This document shows, piece by piece, positions 49,733 to 59,834 of a stretch of DNA of 61,513 nt. Where the stretch lies: positions 1 to 61,513 of the IMG/VR virus record IMGVR_UViG_3300036770_006790; one strand, 5' to 3'. The notes beneath the pieces are model-generated. The model had not been told where the DNA came from, ran no database searches, and saw only the letters and a list, made by a program, of their open reading frames with translations. The position numbers and the translations under genes are program-made. Within the stretch, counting starts at the first letter, position 1. The number at the start of each line of letters is the position of its first letter. The DNA comes from a virus. Lineage: Duplodnaviria; Caudoviricetes.

Positions 49733-50926
49733 ATGATTTTAAGTTTTACGCTAAAAAACATATACAGTGGTTCAAAATATATAGCTGGACCATTTAACAT
49801 ATCTGGAACAACAGATACTGGTGAAGTTTATGAATTAGCACAATCAATATCAAAAAGTCAATTACTTTCTGGATACATTTTAGAAACACAATATAATATA
49901 ACAGGCGGGACAATTGAAAGCACTGGTTTTTGCAAAAATTCAATTAGCTGGGCACCTATTTTGCCCACCCCAACTGTGACACCTACTCAAACTTCTACAC
50001 CAACAAATACACCTACTCAAACCCCTACGACTACCGCCACGCCAACAAACACACCTAGTCAAACACCCACAAATACTGTAACTCCAACGAATACAGTAAC
50101 TCCTACGAATACAATAACATCCACAAATACGGTAACTCCTACGAATACATTAACACCCACAAATACCGTAACCCCAACGAATACGGTAACACCTACAAAT
50201 ACGGTAACACCTACAAATACGGTAACACCTACAAATACGGTAACACCTACAAATACGATAACACCTACAAACACTGTGTCCCCAACTCAAACATTAACAA
50301 ATACGGCAACACCAACAAATACAATAACACCAACGCAAACACAAACCAATACGGTAACACCTACAAATACGGTAACACCTACGAATACGGTAACACCGAC
50401 CAACACTATAACACCCACGAACACCTTAACACCGACAAATACGGTAACGCCTACGAATACATTAACACCCACAAATACAGTGACCCCAACTCAAACACTC
50501 ACAAATACGATAACCCCAACAAATACTGTGACATCAACCCAAACACCCACAAATACGATAACGCCGACGAATACGATAACGCCGACAAATACGGTAACAC
50601 CTACAAACACAATAACTTCAACTCAAACTCCTACGAATACAATAACACCAACACAAACACCGACTAATACTTTAACACCCACAAATACAGTAACACCCAC
50701 GAATACAGTAACACCGACAAACACTATAACTTCAACTCAAACTCCTACGAATACAATAACACCAACACAAACGCCGACTAATACTTTAACACCCACAAAT
50801 ACAGTAACACCCACAAATACAGTAACACCCACGAATACCTTAACGCCCACGAATACGATAACACCGACAAATACTCCAACGCAGACACCACCACCTGCTT
50901 GTGATTTAGAAGCAACTGATATTTAA
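49733..50926 (+). CDS. Mucin-like Thr/Pro repeat protein
   Basis: ~75 aa N-terminal domain followed by ~310 aa of [10 protein letters not shown] repeats. Confidence 0.75.
   Translation: MILSFTLKNIYSGSKYIAGPFNISGTTDTGEVYELAQSISKSQLLSGYILETQYNITGGTIESTGFCKNSISWAPILPTPTVTPTQTSTPTNTPTQTPTTTATPTNTPSQTPTNTVTPTNTVTPTNTITSTNTVTPTNTLTPTNTVTPTNTVTPTNTVTPTNTVTPTNTVTPTNTITPTNTVSPTQTLTNTATPTNTITPTQTQTNTVTPTNTVTPTNTVTPTNTITPTNTLTPTNTVTPTNTLTPTNTVTPTQTLTNTITPTNTVTSTQTPTNTITPTNTITPTNTVTPTNTITSTQTPTNTITPTQTPTNTLTPTNTVTPTNTVTPTNTITSTQTPTNTITPTQTPTNTLTPTNTVTPTNTVTPTNTLTPTNTITPTNTPTQTPPPACDLEATDI
49965..50895 (+). repeat. Degenerate 18-bp tandem repeat with a 114-bp higher-order duplication
   Basis: Perfect ACGGTAACACCTACAAAT runs near 50182-50255; the block at 50613 recurs at 50727. 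Confidence 0.92.
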
Positions 50927-50936
50927 TTGAAATAGT

Positions 50937-51776
50937 ATGTCAACACAAATTACGTCCACTAATTATAATAATCAAAATTGCACGGTTACATTATATTCTG
51001 CGACGGGAAATACCATTCCATATACAAATGCGACACAAATTTCATTGGGAACACAAACAATACCATTTACATATTCATCAACAACGGTTAGCGACGAATA
51101 TGGAGTTTTTTCTTGTTTTTTTAGTGATTTTAACACTACATGCACTGTAAGTCAATTAACACCTCCAGATGGTGATGGGAATAGATATAAGACAATAAAA
51201 ATTGGGAATCAAATTTGGATGTCAGAGAATTTGAGAACACGTTTTTTTGCTGATGGTACGCCATTAGATAATCCGGGAAATACGGTGATAAGCGATGCGG
51301 TTTGGAGTGCTGCAAACGGTTCGACAACAAGATATTGGACCTTAGTTAACGGCAGCAGTCAAAACACTGGAATTTATGGTTTACTATATAATCAATACGC
51401 AGTTTTGGGAAGTACAAGCGGGGCATCATTAAACGTTACCTTATGCCCTTCGGGATGGAGGGTTCCGAGCGACGGGGAATTTTCAACATTAAATACATTT
51501 TTGGGTGGGTTTTCTTTATCTGCTGGCACCCAGATAAAATCAACCACTTTATGGTCTTCAAATGGAAATGGAAACAATACTTCAGGTTTTAATGGAGTGC
51601 CAGCCGGAAACCGCGAACCTTCAGGTGGAGAAGCCAATTTCGGTGCACGTTGTTGGTGGTGGTCTATTTCTAATGGAATCACTTGGGGTTTGGTCAATTC
51701 TACATTTTCGTTTAATCGTAATACGGGAGTTGATCAAAAAAACGGGTTTTCTGTACGTTGTCTAAAAAATTCTTAA
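50937..51776 (+). CDS. Fib_succ_major (FISUMP) domain protein
   Basis: DGDGNRYKTIKIGNQIWMSENL, YGLLYN, LCPSGWRVPS, SGFNGVPAG, WWWS, GFSVRCLK. Confidence 0.88.
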   Translation: MSTQITSTNYNNQNCTVTLYSATGNTIPYTNATQISLGTQTIPFTYSSTTVSDEYGVFSCFFSDFNTTCTVSQLTPPDGDGNRYKTIKIGNQIWMSENLRTRFFADGTPLDNPGNTVISDAVWSAANGSTTRYWTLVNGSSQNTGIYGLLYNQYAVLGSTSGASLNVTLCPSGWRVPSDGEFSTLNTFLGGFSLSAGTQIKSTTLWSSNGNGNNTSGFNGVPAGNREPSGGEANFGARCWWWSISNGITWGLVNSTFSFNRNTGVDQKNGFSVRCLKNS

Positions 51777-51948
51777 CTTGGATTTTAAAAAAATAAATTT
51801 ACACACTTAATAATTTTTTTTAAAATTGTATTAATTTTTAATTTATATATTGACATTTTTAAATAATTTCAAAACTAATATTTTAATAATTAAATTTCTT
51901 TACTTTTTCAAAAAATTTAATTAAGAAAATAAAAATAAATAAAACAAC

Positions 51949-52521
51949 ATGAATGAAATAGCAATAGGAAATCAAATATGGGCTTCAGAAAATCTATTAG
52001 CAACCCATTTCAGAAATGGCGACCCAATCCCATTTGTTGATAATGAAAATGATTGGGCAAATTTAAATACTCCAGCGTATTGTCATGGAATCAATTCAAA
52101 TTATTTTTTATATAATTTTTGGGTAATAGTTGACCCAAGAAACGTAGCCCCAGTTGGCTGGAGGGTTCCGACGGAATCGGACTGGAATGAGTTAATATCT
52201 TTTATTGGTGATAAAAATATTGCCGGACACAAGCTAAAGTCGGTTTCTGGCTGGGAGTTGACCATAACAAATCCAACAACAGGCGAACAAACAACAGAAT
52301 ATTTCAACGGCACAAACGAATTTGGTTTTAATGGGATAACCACAGGCTTTAAGCACATGAATGGTATTTTTATTCCAGATTTGTTATCCGCATATTTCAT
52401 TCCACAATCAATTGATGATGATTTGGCAAAATATATATTTCTATTTCATGGTAGTGAATTAGCAAAAGGTGGTATGTGGAAAAAAGATGGTTTCCCGATA
52501 AGATTGATTAAAGAAGGATAA
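51949..52521 (+). CDS. Fib_succ_major (FISUMP) domain protein
   Basis: IGNQIWASENL...FRNGDPI, LYN, APVGWRVPT..DW, GTNEFGF, GFPIRLIK. Confidence 0.85.
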   Translation: MNEIAIGNQIWASENLLATHFRNGDPIPFVDNENDWANLNTPAYCHGINSNYFLYNFWVIVDPRNVAPVGWRVPTESDWNELISFIGDKNIAGHKLKSVSGWELTITNPTTGEQTTEYFNGTNEFGFNGITTGFKHMNGIFIPDLLSAYFIPQSIDDDLAKYIFLFHGSELAKGGMWKKDGFPIRLIKEG

Positions 52522-52566
52522 TTACTATTTATTTTTATAAAAATCTTTGTAATATAAAAATAAAAA

Positions 52567-53826
52567 ATGGCAACAATATTTGTGCAAATTGCTTCTTATC
52601 GAGACCCGCAATTGGAATTTACCATCGAAAGTATGTTAACTAATGCAAAATACCCAAAAAACATACATCTTGCTATAGCGAGGCAATACCATGAAGATGA
52701 CAATTTCGATAACTTGACCAAATATCGAAAAGATAAAAGATTTAAAATATTAGATATCCCATATAACGAATCGGAGGGTGTTTGTTGGGCAAGAAACTTA
52801 ACTCAACAGCTTTATAATAATGAAGATTACACCCTGCAAATTGATTCACACATGCGTTTTGTAAAAGATTGGGATTTCATGTTAATCAACATGATAAAAG
52901 ATTTGCAATCTCAAGGTTATAAAAAACCTTTGCTAACTGCATATGTGAGTTCTTTTGACCCAGATAACGATCCAGCAGGAAGGGCAACAGAACCTTGGCA
53001 AATGGCTTTTGATAGGTTTATTCCAGAAGGAGCAATATTCACTTTGCCAGAAACAATTCCAAATTGGCAAAACGTAACATCTCCGGTGCCATCAAGATTT
53101 TATTCTGCACATTTTTGTTTTACACTTGGCATTTTCTCTAAAGAGGTTCAACACGACCCAAGATATTATTTTCATGGTGAGGAAATTTCCATTGCAGCAA
53201 GGGCATATACACATGGATATGATTTATTTCATCCTCATAAAATTGTTGTTTATCATGAATACACGAGGAAAGGAAGAACCAAACAATGGGATGATGATAA
53301 AATGTGGGTAGATAGAAATAATGCGTCCCATTTGTTGAATCGAAAATTGTTTGGGATGGATGGGGCATCTTATGACCCAGAAGAATTCGGAGATTATGGC
53401 TTCGGAAATCAAAGAACTTTGCGAGATTATGAAAAATATGCTGGTTTATTGTTTTCAAAAAGGGCTGTGCAGCAATATACATTGGATAAAAAATATCCAC
53501 CAAACCCATATAATTATGAATCAGAAGAGGAATGGGAGGCCGATTTTGCGAGAATCTTCAAACATTGCATTGATATAAATTATAGCTCCGTACCAGAAAA
53601 TGATTATGAGTTCTGGGTTGTCGCATTTCATGGAGAAAATGATGAAACAATATATAGAAAAGATGCGGATGTACATGAAATTGAAAGGATAATGAAAGAC
53701 CCAGATGGTTACGGAAAAGTTTGGAGAGAATTTCAAACATCTGTACAACCAAAATATTGGGTTGTGTGGCCTTATAGCACATCAAAAGGATGGTGCGAAA
53801 GATTAACAGGAGATTTACCATTATGA
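52567..53826 (+). CDS. GT60-like polypeptide N-acetylglucosaminyltransferase (Pfam GlcNAc / Gnt1-Gnt2-like)
   Basis: TIFVQIASYRDP, GVCWAR..Q.LY..EDY.LQIDSHMRF..WD, FYSAHF.F, FHGEE...AR.YTHGYD. Confidence 0.85.
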   Translation: MATIFVQIASYRDPQLEFTIESMLTNAKYPKNIHLAIARQYHEDDNFDNLTKYRKDKRFKILDIPYNESEGVCWARNLTQQLYNNEDYTLQIDSHMRFVKDWDFMLINMIKDLQSQGYKKPLLTAYVSSFDPDNDPAGRATEPWQMAFDRFIPEGAIFTLPETIPNWQNVTSPVPSRFYSAHFCFTLGIFSKEVQHDPRYYFHGEEISIAARAYTHGYDLFHPHKIVVYHEYTRKGRTKQWDDDKMWVDRNNASHLLNRKLFGMDGASYDPEEFGDYGFGNQRTLRDYEKYAGLLFSKRAVQQYTLDKKYPPNPYNYESEEEWEADFARIFKHCIDINYSSVPENDYEFWVVAFHGENDETIYRKDADVHEIERIMKDPDGYGKVWREFQTSVQPKYWVVWPYSTSKGWCERLTGDLPL

Positions 53827-54578
53827 GATTATGTTTTTTAAGTGAAGCGAATTATCCTAATTACGCTAAAAGAATTAAAGAGTTTAACATAAAAAAGTTT
53901 TTAGAACTTGAGTTAGACATGCCTTTTTATATTTCAACAAATGTTATTGATGAATTTAAAGAGTATGAGGGTCATCCATTAATTAAGGTTTTTGACATTA
54001 ATGAATTAAGAAAAAATAATTCTAATTCAATTAAAAATGAACCATTACCCGAAGACCCGACTGGACTTTACCCATCAAAATATCCTTGGAATTTAAGAAG
54101 ATTCATTTTAAGAAAGGCCGCAGAAGATGGATATGATGGATTATTTTTTTTAGAGTGTGATACAAGAATAAAAAATCACTTATCTAGTGAAGATATAAAA
54201 CGTATTTTACCAACAATGTATGAACCAAATACAGTTAAAACATCTTCTGCAAGATTTGTATATAAAAATAGACATCCGGGACAAGAATTATTTTACTATC
54301 ATCAAGACTATATCAATGATTTAAAATTAAAATTTGACGATAGTGAGTATGATACTTTAGATGGTACGAATCAATTATTTTTTGGAGAAACTACAGAGTC
54401 ATTAATAAAGTTTTTTGATAATTGGGATTACATCTGTGATTATGGTTACGAAAAATCCGAAGGTTATAAAACTGGGTATTTATCAAATTTATCTTTTGTG
54501 ATACCTATGTCAAATTTTAAATTACTACATGTTGATACCCCATTTGAGACTCATCATGTGTTTGAAGATAGATATTAA
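53823..54578 (+). CDS. Hypothetical protein, possible GT-A fold
   Basis: ATG at 53823 overlaps the upstream stop (ATGA); YPWNLRRF...FFLECD resembles a DxD-like site. Confidence 0.55.
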   Translation: MRLCFLSEANYPNYAKRIKEFNIKKFLELELDMPFYISTNVIDEFKEYEGHPLIKVFDINELRKNNSNSIKNEPLPEDPTGLYPSKYPWNLRRFILRKAAEDGYDGLFFLECDTRIKNHLSSEDIKRILPTMYEPNTVKTSSARFVYKNRHPGQELFYYHQDYINDLKLKFDDSEYDTLDGTNQLFFGETTESLIKFFDNWDYICDYGYEKSEGYKTGYLSNLSFVIPMSNFKLLHVDTPFETHHVFEDRY

Positions 54579-54579
54579 A

Positions 54580-55230
54580 ATGATAAAATTAAAAAAAATA
54601 CTAAAAGAAATAACTAACGATGAGAATTTTGTGTTTGTATCAATAGGTGCAAATGATGGGATTTTTGTTGATGAGATATTTTTATCGAGACTTTTAAATC
54701 CTAATTGGGATTGTTTGTTTGTTGAACCCGTTAAAGAAAGATTTGATTTATTGATTAAAAATTACAACGAACATTATCCAAATAATTCATTTAAGTATGA
54801 AAACTCTGCAATTCATGTAGAAAGAGGGGACGATTTTTTGATTACATCAAAAGACGATGATTCGAGGGGGTTATGTTCATTTTTTAGAATAGAAAGTGAA
54901 ATTTCCGATAAAATACCCGTAGTTAAAATAACTTTTGATGACTTAATTAAAAAACATAATATTAAAAAAATAAACTTTTTAAAGGTTGATTGTGAAGGGA
55001 TGGATTATGAAATAGTGATTCAATCTATTGAGAGTGGTTTGATACCTGATTTAATACTATTCGAAGATATAAGCCTACCAATTAACAATGAAAAAATAAG
55101 AGGATTGGATGAATTAATTGAATGTATAGAATCTAATAACGATTTAATTTTAATTTCTGATATCGCAGAAGCTCAATACGAGGAGGGTAATAAATTAATT
55201 ATAAAAAAAGATTTATTAAAATATGTTTAG
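54580..55230 (+). CDS. FkbM-family methyltransferase
   Basis: Start re-set to 54580; SIGANDG, W..LFVEP, INFLKVDCEGMD. Confidence 0.85.
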   Translation: MIKLKKILKEITNDENFVFVSIGANDGIFVDEIFLSRLLNPNWDCLFVEPVKERFDLLIKNYNEHYPNNSFKYENSAIHVERGDDFLITSKDDDSRGLCSFFRIESEISDKIPVVKITFDDLIKKHNIKKINFLKVDCEGMDYEIVIQSIESGLIPDLILFEDISLPINNEKIRGLDELIECIESNNDLILISDIAEAQYEEGNKLIIKKDLLKYV

Positions 55231-56739
55231 TATTTCAAATATCATACTTGCTGACAAGGGATTTTATATAAACCTAAACAGTTCAATTGAAAGAAAGGAA
55301 CAAGTTGAAGATTTGATTACAAAATACAATATAGAAGGTTTACATAGATTTGAAGCCCTTACTGACGAGTTTGTACAATTCTCATGTACTAAAAGTCATT
55401 TATCAATTTTTCAAACTGCGTTGAATGAGGATTTAGATTGTATTTTTGTTGCTGAGGATGATTTTATTATTCGTGATGATTTAGAATTTCCATATGGCGA
55501 AAACCATTTCACTTTTCATGAAATTATAGAAAAAATTTCAAAAGAATTGAAACACGTTGAATGGGATATTTTACAATTTGGTTGTAACCCAAAATCACAT
55601 TTAATACCTATAACAGAAAATTTAGCTAAAAATTATTCAAGTACCGGAGCTTGGGCATACCTCATTAAAAAAGATGCATACAAATACATTTTAGAAAATT
55701 CAAATTATGTAAGAGACTATATTGCCATAGATGATTATCTACCATTAATGAGTAAATTAGGATTTACTACTTTAACAACAATTCCAATGTCTATGGGACA
55801 TTCTGTTGGTTTTGTATCTACATTACAACCAAGAGGACCTGTTAATTATGATGCGTGGATTAGCGGTAATTATGATAAATTTCTTTATAGTCATTACAAA
55901 AACAAAAACTTTATGGATAGATTACTTGAAAGATATACAACAGTTGTTATAACAGGTCATTATTGTGAAGATTTTTTTTTTATTTAAAATATCTTTTACA
56001 TAGTTTACCCGATGAATTAAGACGATGTAGATTCATTATTCATTATGATGAAACATCTGATGATAATTTATTACAGAAACAAAGATTAACCGCATTTTTT
56101 AGAGACCATCATTCCGATTTGAATGTGACGTTATCATATAGTTTTGGGGGACTTATATCAAGTGTTCAAAACATTTTAGAAAAAGTAACGACTCCATATT
56201 ATATTTTTTTAGAACATGATTGGGTATTTTTGAAAAAAGATAATATCAATTTTGAAGGTTTAGTTGACTCATTTAATAAACATGATTTTATAAATGCTGT
56301 GTGGTTTTCTAAAGATGACAACAGAATGAGAGGATTTGATATTGCCGTGGATTCTGAAGGTGTTACAACCCCATTTGAAAAGGAGGAAAGAGTTAGTGAG
56401 ATTGATTTAGTAACGACATGTAGATGGTCAAATAATCCGGTTATGTTTAGAACGAGTAAAATGATAGAATGGTTTGATAAAGTTGTAAAAAATGACTTTA
56501 TTGGTGTTATTCATCAAGCTCAACAGAATATAGAGGAAAATATGATAGCATATTATAGAAAAGTGATAAGCGAAAATAAATGGAACGATATTAAAGATGA
56601 GTGGGGTACATTTTTGTATGGTAACATTGACGAGGGTCCATATGTTGGACATACTGACGCATCAAAAAGATATCAAGGGGGTTCTAAATCTGCCCCTGAA
56701 TATAATGGAGAAGAATATATTAAAAATAACCCAATTTAA
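55223..56739 (+). pseudogene. GT25 + GT-A bifunctional glycosyltransferase interrupted by a frameshift at a T10 tract
   Basis: GT25 motifs (YINL...ERK, SC..SHL, EDD) in 55223-55987. The -1 frame is open from 55981 through 56739 (LEHDW). One extra T at 55972-55981 gives a single 505 aa ORF. Confidence 0.72.
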
Positions 56740-56748
56740 AAAAAAGTA

Positions 56749-57501
56749 ATGGAAGTAAATTTTATAATAACATGTTATGATAAAGAAGCATATTGGCCAC
56801 ATTTAAAATCGGTCATTGAATCTTATAAAACAATAAAGCCACATATCGCACTTTGTTATAATGGTTTAGATGATACTTTTGAGTCTGATTTTAGATGTGA
56901 ATATAAACCAAATGGTGGTAGAGGAAATGATAGACACCCTCATGGTGTTGATTTCGCGGATGCCGATTATGAATTAACAATGGGAGGTTATCATTTTTTA
57001 AAATCAAATGGAGTTAATTTATGGGTTAAATTATCAATTGATAGTTGGTTATTAAATGAAAATAAATTAATACAAATATTAGAAAAATTAGAGCATGAGA
57101 ATTGTGCTTATGGAGGTAATATTTGGTATAAAAGAGTTAATATGTCAACAGACATATTCTTTGCAAATACAAAGAATAATAACATCTTCGAAGATATGAG
57201 TAAATATGGTGTTGAATTTTTTGACTATCTTTATTCAATACCTAACCCGGAGGGTTTTGAACATTTAATGTATTTTATCTCAAGACAATATAACCGATTA
57301 ATAATTACAGATAGAGAACCATTAAAGGCCGACTCAACAAGATGGGAGTGTCCTAAATTAGGTTGGGTGATGTCACATAATTTAGAATGGAACATAAAAT
57401 TCAAAGAAGATTATGTTAGTGATAATGATAATGTGACTTTTGATAAAATAATAGGTACTGGAGTACCGTATGATTTAAATTCGTCTAAAAGAGAAATATG
57501 A
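56749..57501 (+). CDS. Hypothetical protein in glycosylation cluster
   Basis: 250 aa ORF; KLSIDSW may be a degenerate GT-A motif. Confidence 0.6.
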   Translation: MEVNFIITCYDKEAYWPHLKSVIESYKTIKPHIALCYNGLDDTFESDFRCEYKPNGGRGNDRHPHGVDFADADYELTMGGYHFLKSNGVNLWVKLSIDSWLLNENKLIQILEKLEHENCAYGGNIWYKRVNMSTDIFFANTKNNNIFEDMSKYGVEFFDYLYSIPNPEGFEHLMYFISRQYNRLIITDREPLKADSTRWECPKLGWVMSHNLEWNIKFKEDYVSDNDNVTFDKIIGTGVPYDLNSSKREI

Positions 57502-59813
57502 TTGAAATGTTAAATAAAATACTAAATTTCCCAAATAAAAAAATAGACCCGTCAATTATAAATGACGAACAGATAAAAAATTTGGTTACATTTTTAATCA
57601 AATCAATTGAGGAAAATGTTGACGGAGATGTTGTGGAATTTGGTTGTTATGTTGGAGAGTCTTCAAAATATTTGATTAAGACTTTAATTGAAATGGGTTC
57701 GGAAAAAATATTATATGTTTACGATTCCTTTGAAGGATTACCCCCATTATCAAAATGGGAAGAAAACACGGGATGGAAAGCCGGTACATTAAAAAGCACT
57801 GAAGAAATTTTATCAAGTAATTTCATTCAAAACGATTTACCGATACCTATCATCCATAAAGATTGGTTTAAAGATGTGCCTGAAGAAAAGTTACCAGAAA
57901 AAATATCGTTTGCTTTTTTAGATGGTGATTTTTATGATTCTATTTACGACAGTTTAAATAAAATTTTTCATAGAGTTACGGATGGTGGTTATATTTGTTT
58001 CCATGATTATCAAAGAAACGATTTACCCGGAGTTAAAGCCGCAATAGAAGATTTTTTTAGAGATAATGATATAGAATTTAATGTTGTAGAGGTATGTAAT
58101 CAACTTGGTGTTTATAAAAAAAATGGTACTATTACAAAGCAAGAAAATTATATGAATAATATAACATTAGTAACTGGTCTTTGGAATTTAGGAAGAAATG
58201 GCTTATCAGAAGGATGGAGCAGAAGTTATGAACATTATCTAAATAAGTTTTCCGAGTTATTAAAAACCAAAAGCAACCTCATAATTTTCGGGGATGAAAA
58301 ACTAAAAGATTTTGTTTTCGAAAGGCGTTCAAAAGAAAATACCACATTTATTGTTAGAGATTTAGATTGGTTCAAAAACAATGATTATTACGATAAAATA
58401 CAATCTATACGAAATAAACCAGAGTGGTATAATCAAGTAGGGTGGCTTTCAGAATCCACACAAGCAAGATTGGAATTATATAACCCTTTGGTGATGAGCA
58501 AAATGTTTTTGCTCCATGATGCCAAGATATTAGATCCCTTTGATTCTGATTATATGTTCTGGATTGATGCGGGACTAACAAATACAGTTCACCCCGGTTA
58601 TTTCACACACGATAAAGTGTTAGATAAGTTGCCAGATTACACAAATAAATTTTCTTTTGTTTGTTTTCCTTATAAAACTGAAAGTGAAATACATGGATTT
58701 GAGATTAAAAAGTTAAATCAAATAGCTGGAAGTAGTGTTGAAAAAGTTGCAAGGGGTGGGTTTTTTGGAGGTCCAAAAAGCAAAATAGCCGAAGTCAATT
58801 CAATATATTATGGGTTGCTTTTATCCACCTTATCCGAAGGATATATGGGAACAGAAGAGTCCATATTTAGTATTATGTGTTACAAACATGCTAATATCAT
58901 AAATCATTTTGATATTGAAGCAAATGGCCTATTGAGTACATTTTTCGAGAACTTAAAGAACGATGCTTTACCAAAAAATGAAATTAAATTGTTACCTTCT
59001 GATATTTCAAAAGTTGGATTATACGTACTAACTTTTAATTCCCCAGAACAATTCAGGCAATTAATAAAGTCAATGCTGGATTATGATAGGGATTTTATTG
59101 ATAAACCACAAAAATTTTTATTGGATAATTCAACTGATTCATCCACAACACCCATATATGTCGAAATTTGCGAAGAATATGGATTTGAACACATCAAAGT
59201 AGATAATGTTGGAATATGTGGTGGAAGGCAATGGATTGCGGAACATTTTGAAACTTCAGATAATGATTATATGTTTTTTTTCGAGGATGATATGTTCTTT
59301 TACACAGGAAAAGAAACAGCTTGTAGAAATGGTTTTAACCGATATGCGAATAATTTATACCGAAAATCACTTGAAATAATACAAAAAAACAACTTTGACT
59401 TTTTAAAATTAAACTTCAGCGAATTTTACGGCGACAATAGCACACAATGGGCTTGGTATAATGTACCTCAAAATATTAGAGAAATATATTGGCCGGATAA
59501 TAATAAACTACCTGAACAAGGGCTTTCGCAAAATGCTCCGAAAGCAGAATACAAAAACATACACAATCATGATGGGTTACCTTATGTTACCGGAGAAATT
59601 TATTATTGCAATTGGCCGCAGGTGGTTAGCAAGAAGGGAAGTGAAAAAATGTTTTTGGATACAAAATGGGCTTATCCTTATGAACAGACTTGGATGAGCC
59701 ACATGTTTCAATTAACAAAGGATGGAAAATTAAACCCTGCTTTGTTGTTGCTTACACCAACAGAGCATAATCGATTTGATTTTTATGACGGTTCTTTGAG
59801 AAAAGAAAATTAA
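57498..59813 (+). CDS. Fusion: TylF/MycF-type O-methyltransferase + HtrL/YibB-like domain + GT-A domain
   Basis: GDVVEFGCYVG, YDSFEGLP, AFLDGDFYDS, HDY; then ITLVTGLWNLGR...FWIDAG...GGFFGG...GTEE; then LDNS...FFEDD. Confidence 0.8.
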   Translation: MIEMLNKILNFPNKKIDPSIINDEQIKNLVTFLIKSIEENVDGDVVEFGCYVGESSKYLIKTLIEMGSEKILYVYDSFEGLPPLSKWEENTGWKAGTLKSTEEILSSNFIQNDLPIPIIHKDWFKDVPEEKLPEKISFAFLDGDFYDSIYDSLNKIFHRVTDGGYICFHDYQRNDLPGVKAAIEDFFRDNDIEFNVVEVCNQLGVYKKNGTITKQENYMNNITLVTGLWNLGRNGLSEGWSRSYEHYLNKFSELLKTKSNLIIFGDEKLKDFVFERRSKENTTFIVRDLDWFKNNDYYDKIQSIRNKPEWYNQVGWLSESTQARLELYNPLVMSKMFLLHDAKILDPFDSDYMFWIDAGLTNTVHPGYFTHDKVLDKLPDYTNKFSFVCFPYKTESEIHGFEIKKLNQIAGSSVEKVARGGFFGGPKSKIAEVNSIYYGLLLSTLSEGYMGTEESIFSIMCYKHANIINHFDIEANGLLSTFFENLKNDALPKNEIKLLPSDISKVGLYVLTFNSPEQFRQLIKSMLDYDRDFIDKPQKFLLDNSTDSSTTPIYVEICEEYGFEHIKVDNVGICGGRQWIAEHFETSDNDYMFFFEDDMFFYTGKETACRNGFNRYANNLYRKSLEIIQKNNFDFLKLNFSEFYGDNSTQWAWYNVPQNIREIYWPDNNKLPEQGLSQNAPKAEYKNIHNHDGLPYVTGEIYYCNWPQVVSKKGSEKMFLDTKWAYPYEQTWMSHMFQLTKDGKLNPALLLLTPTEHNRFDFYDGSLRKEN

Positions 59814-59834
59814 ACATATTTATTTTTAAAATTC

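Noticed and set aside
48115-50895. Repeat arrays as a possible CRISPR array
   Set aside because: In-frame 18-bp coding units with wobble variation, no unique spacers and no cas genes.
51777-51948. Extremely AT-rich spacer containing TTGACA, as an origin or sigma70 promoter
   Set aside because: No properly spaced -10 element and no iterons are recognisable.
50937-52521. Diversity-generating retroelement targeting the FISUMP genes
   Set aside because: No reverse transcriptase and no near-identical TR/VR pair is visible in this window; the two genes are too diverged to be such a pair.
54580-54620. MIKLKKILKE at the start of the FkbM methyltransferase as a cargo leader
   Set aside because: It may simply be the usual helix before the first FkbM strand in Lys/Ile-rich sequence. 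It was not counted, and it shows the leader motif needs statistical testing.
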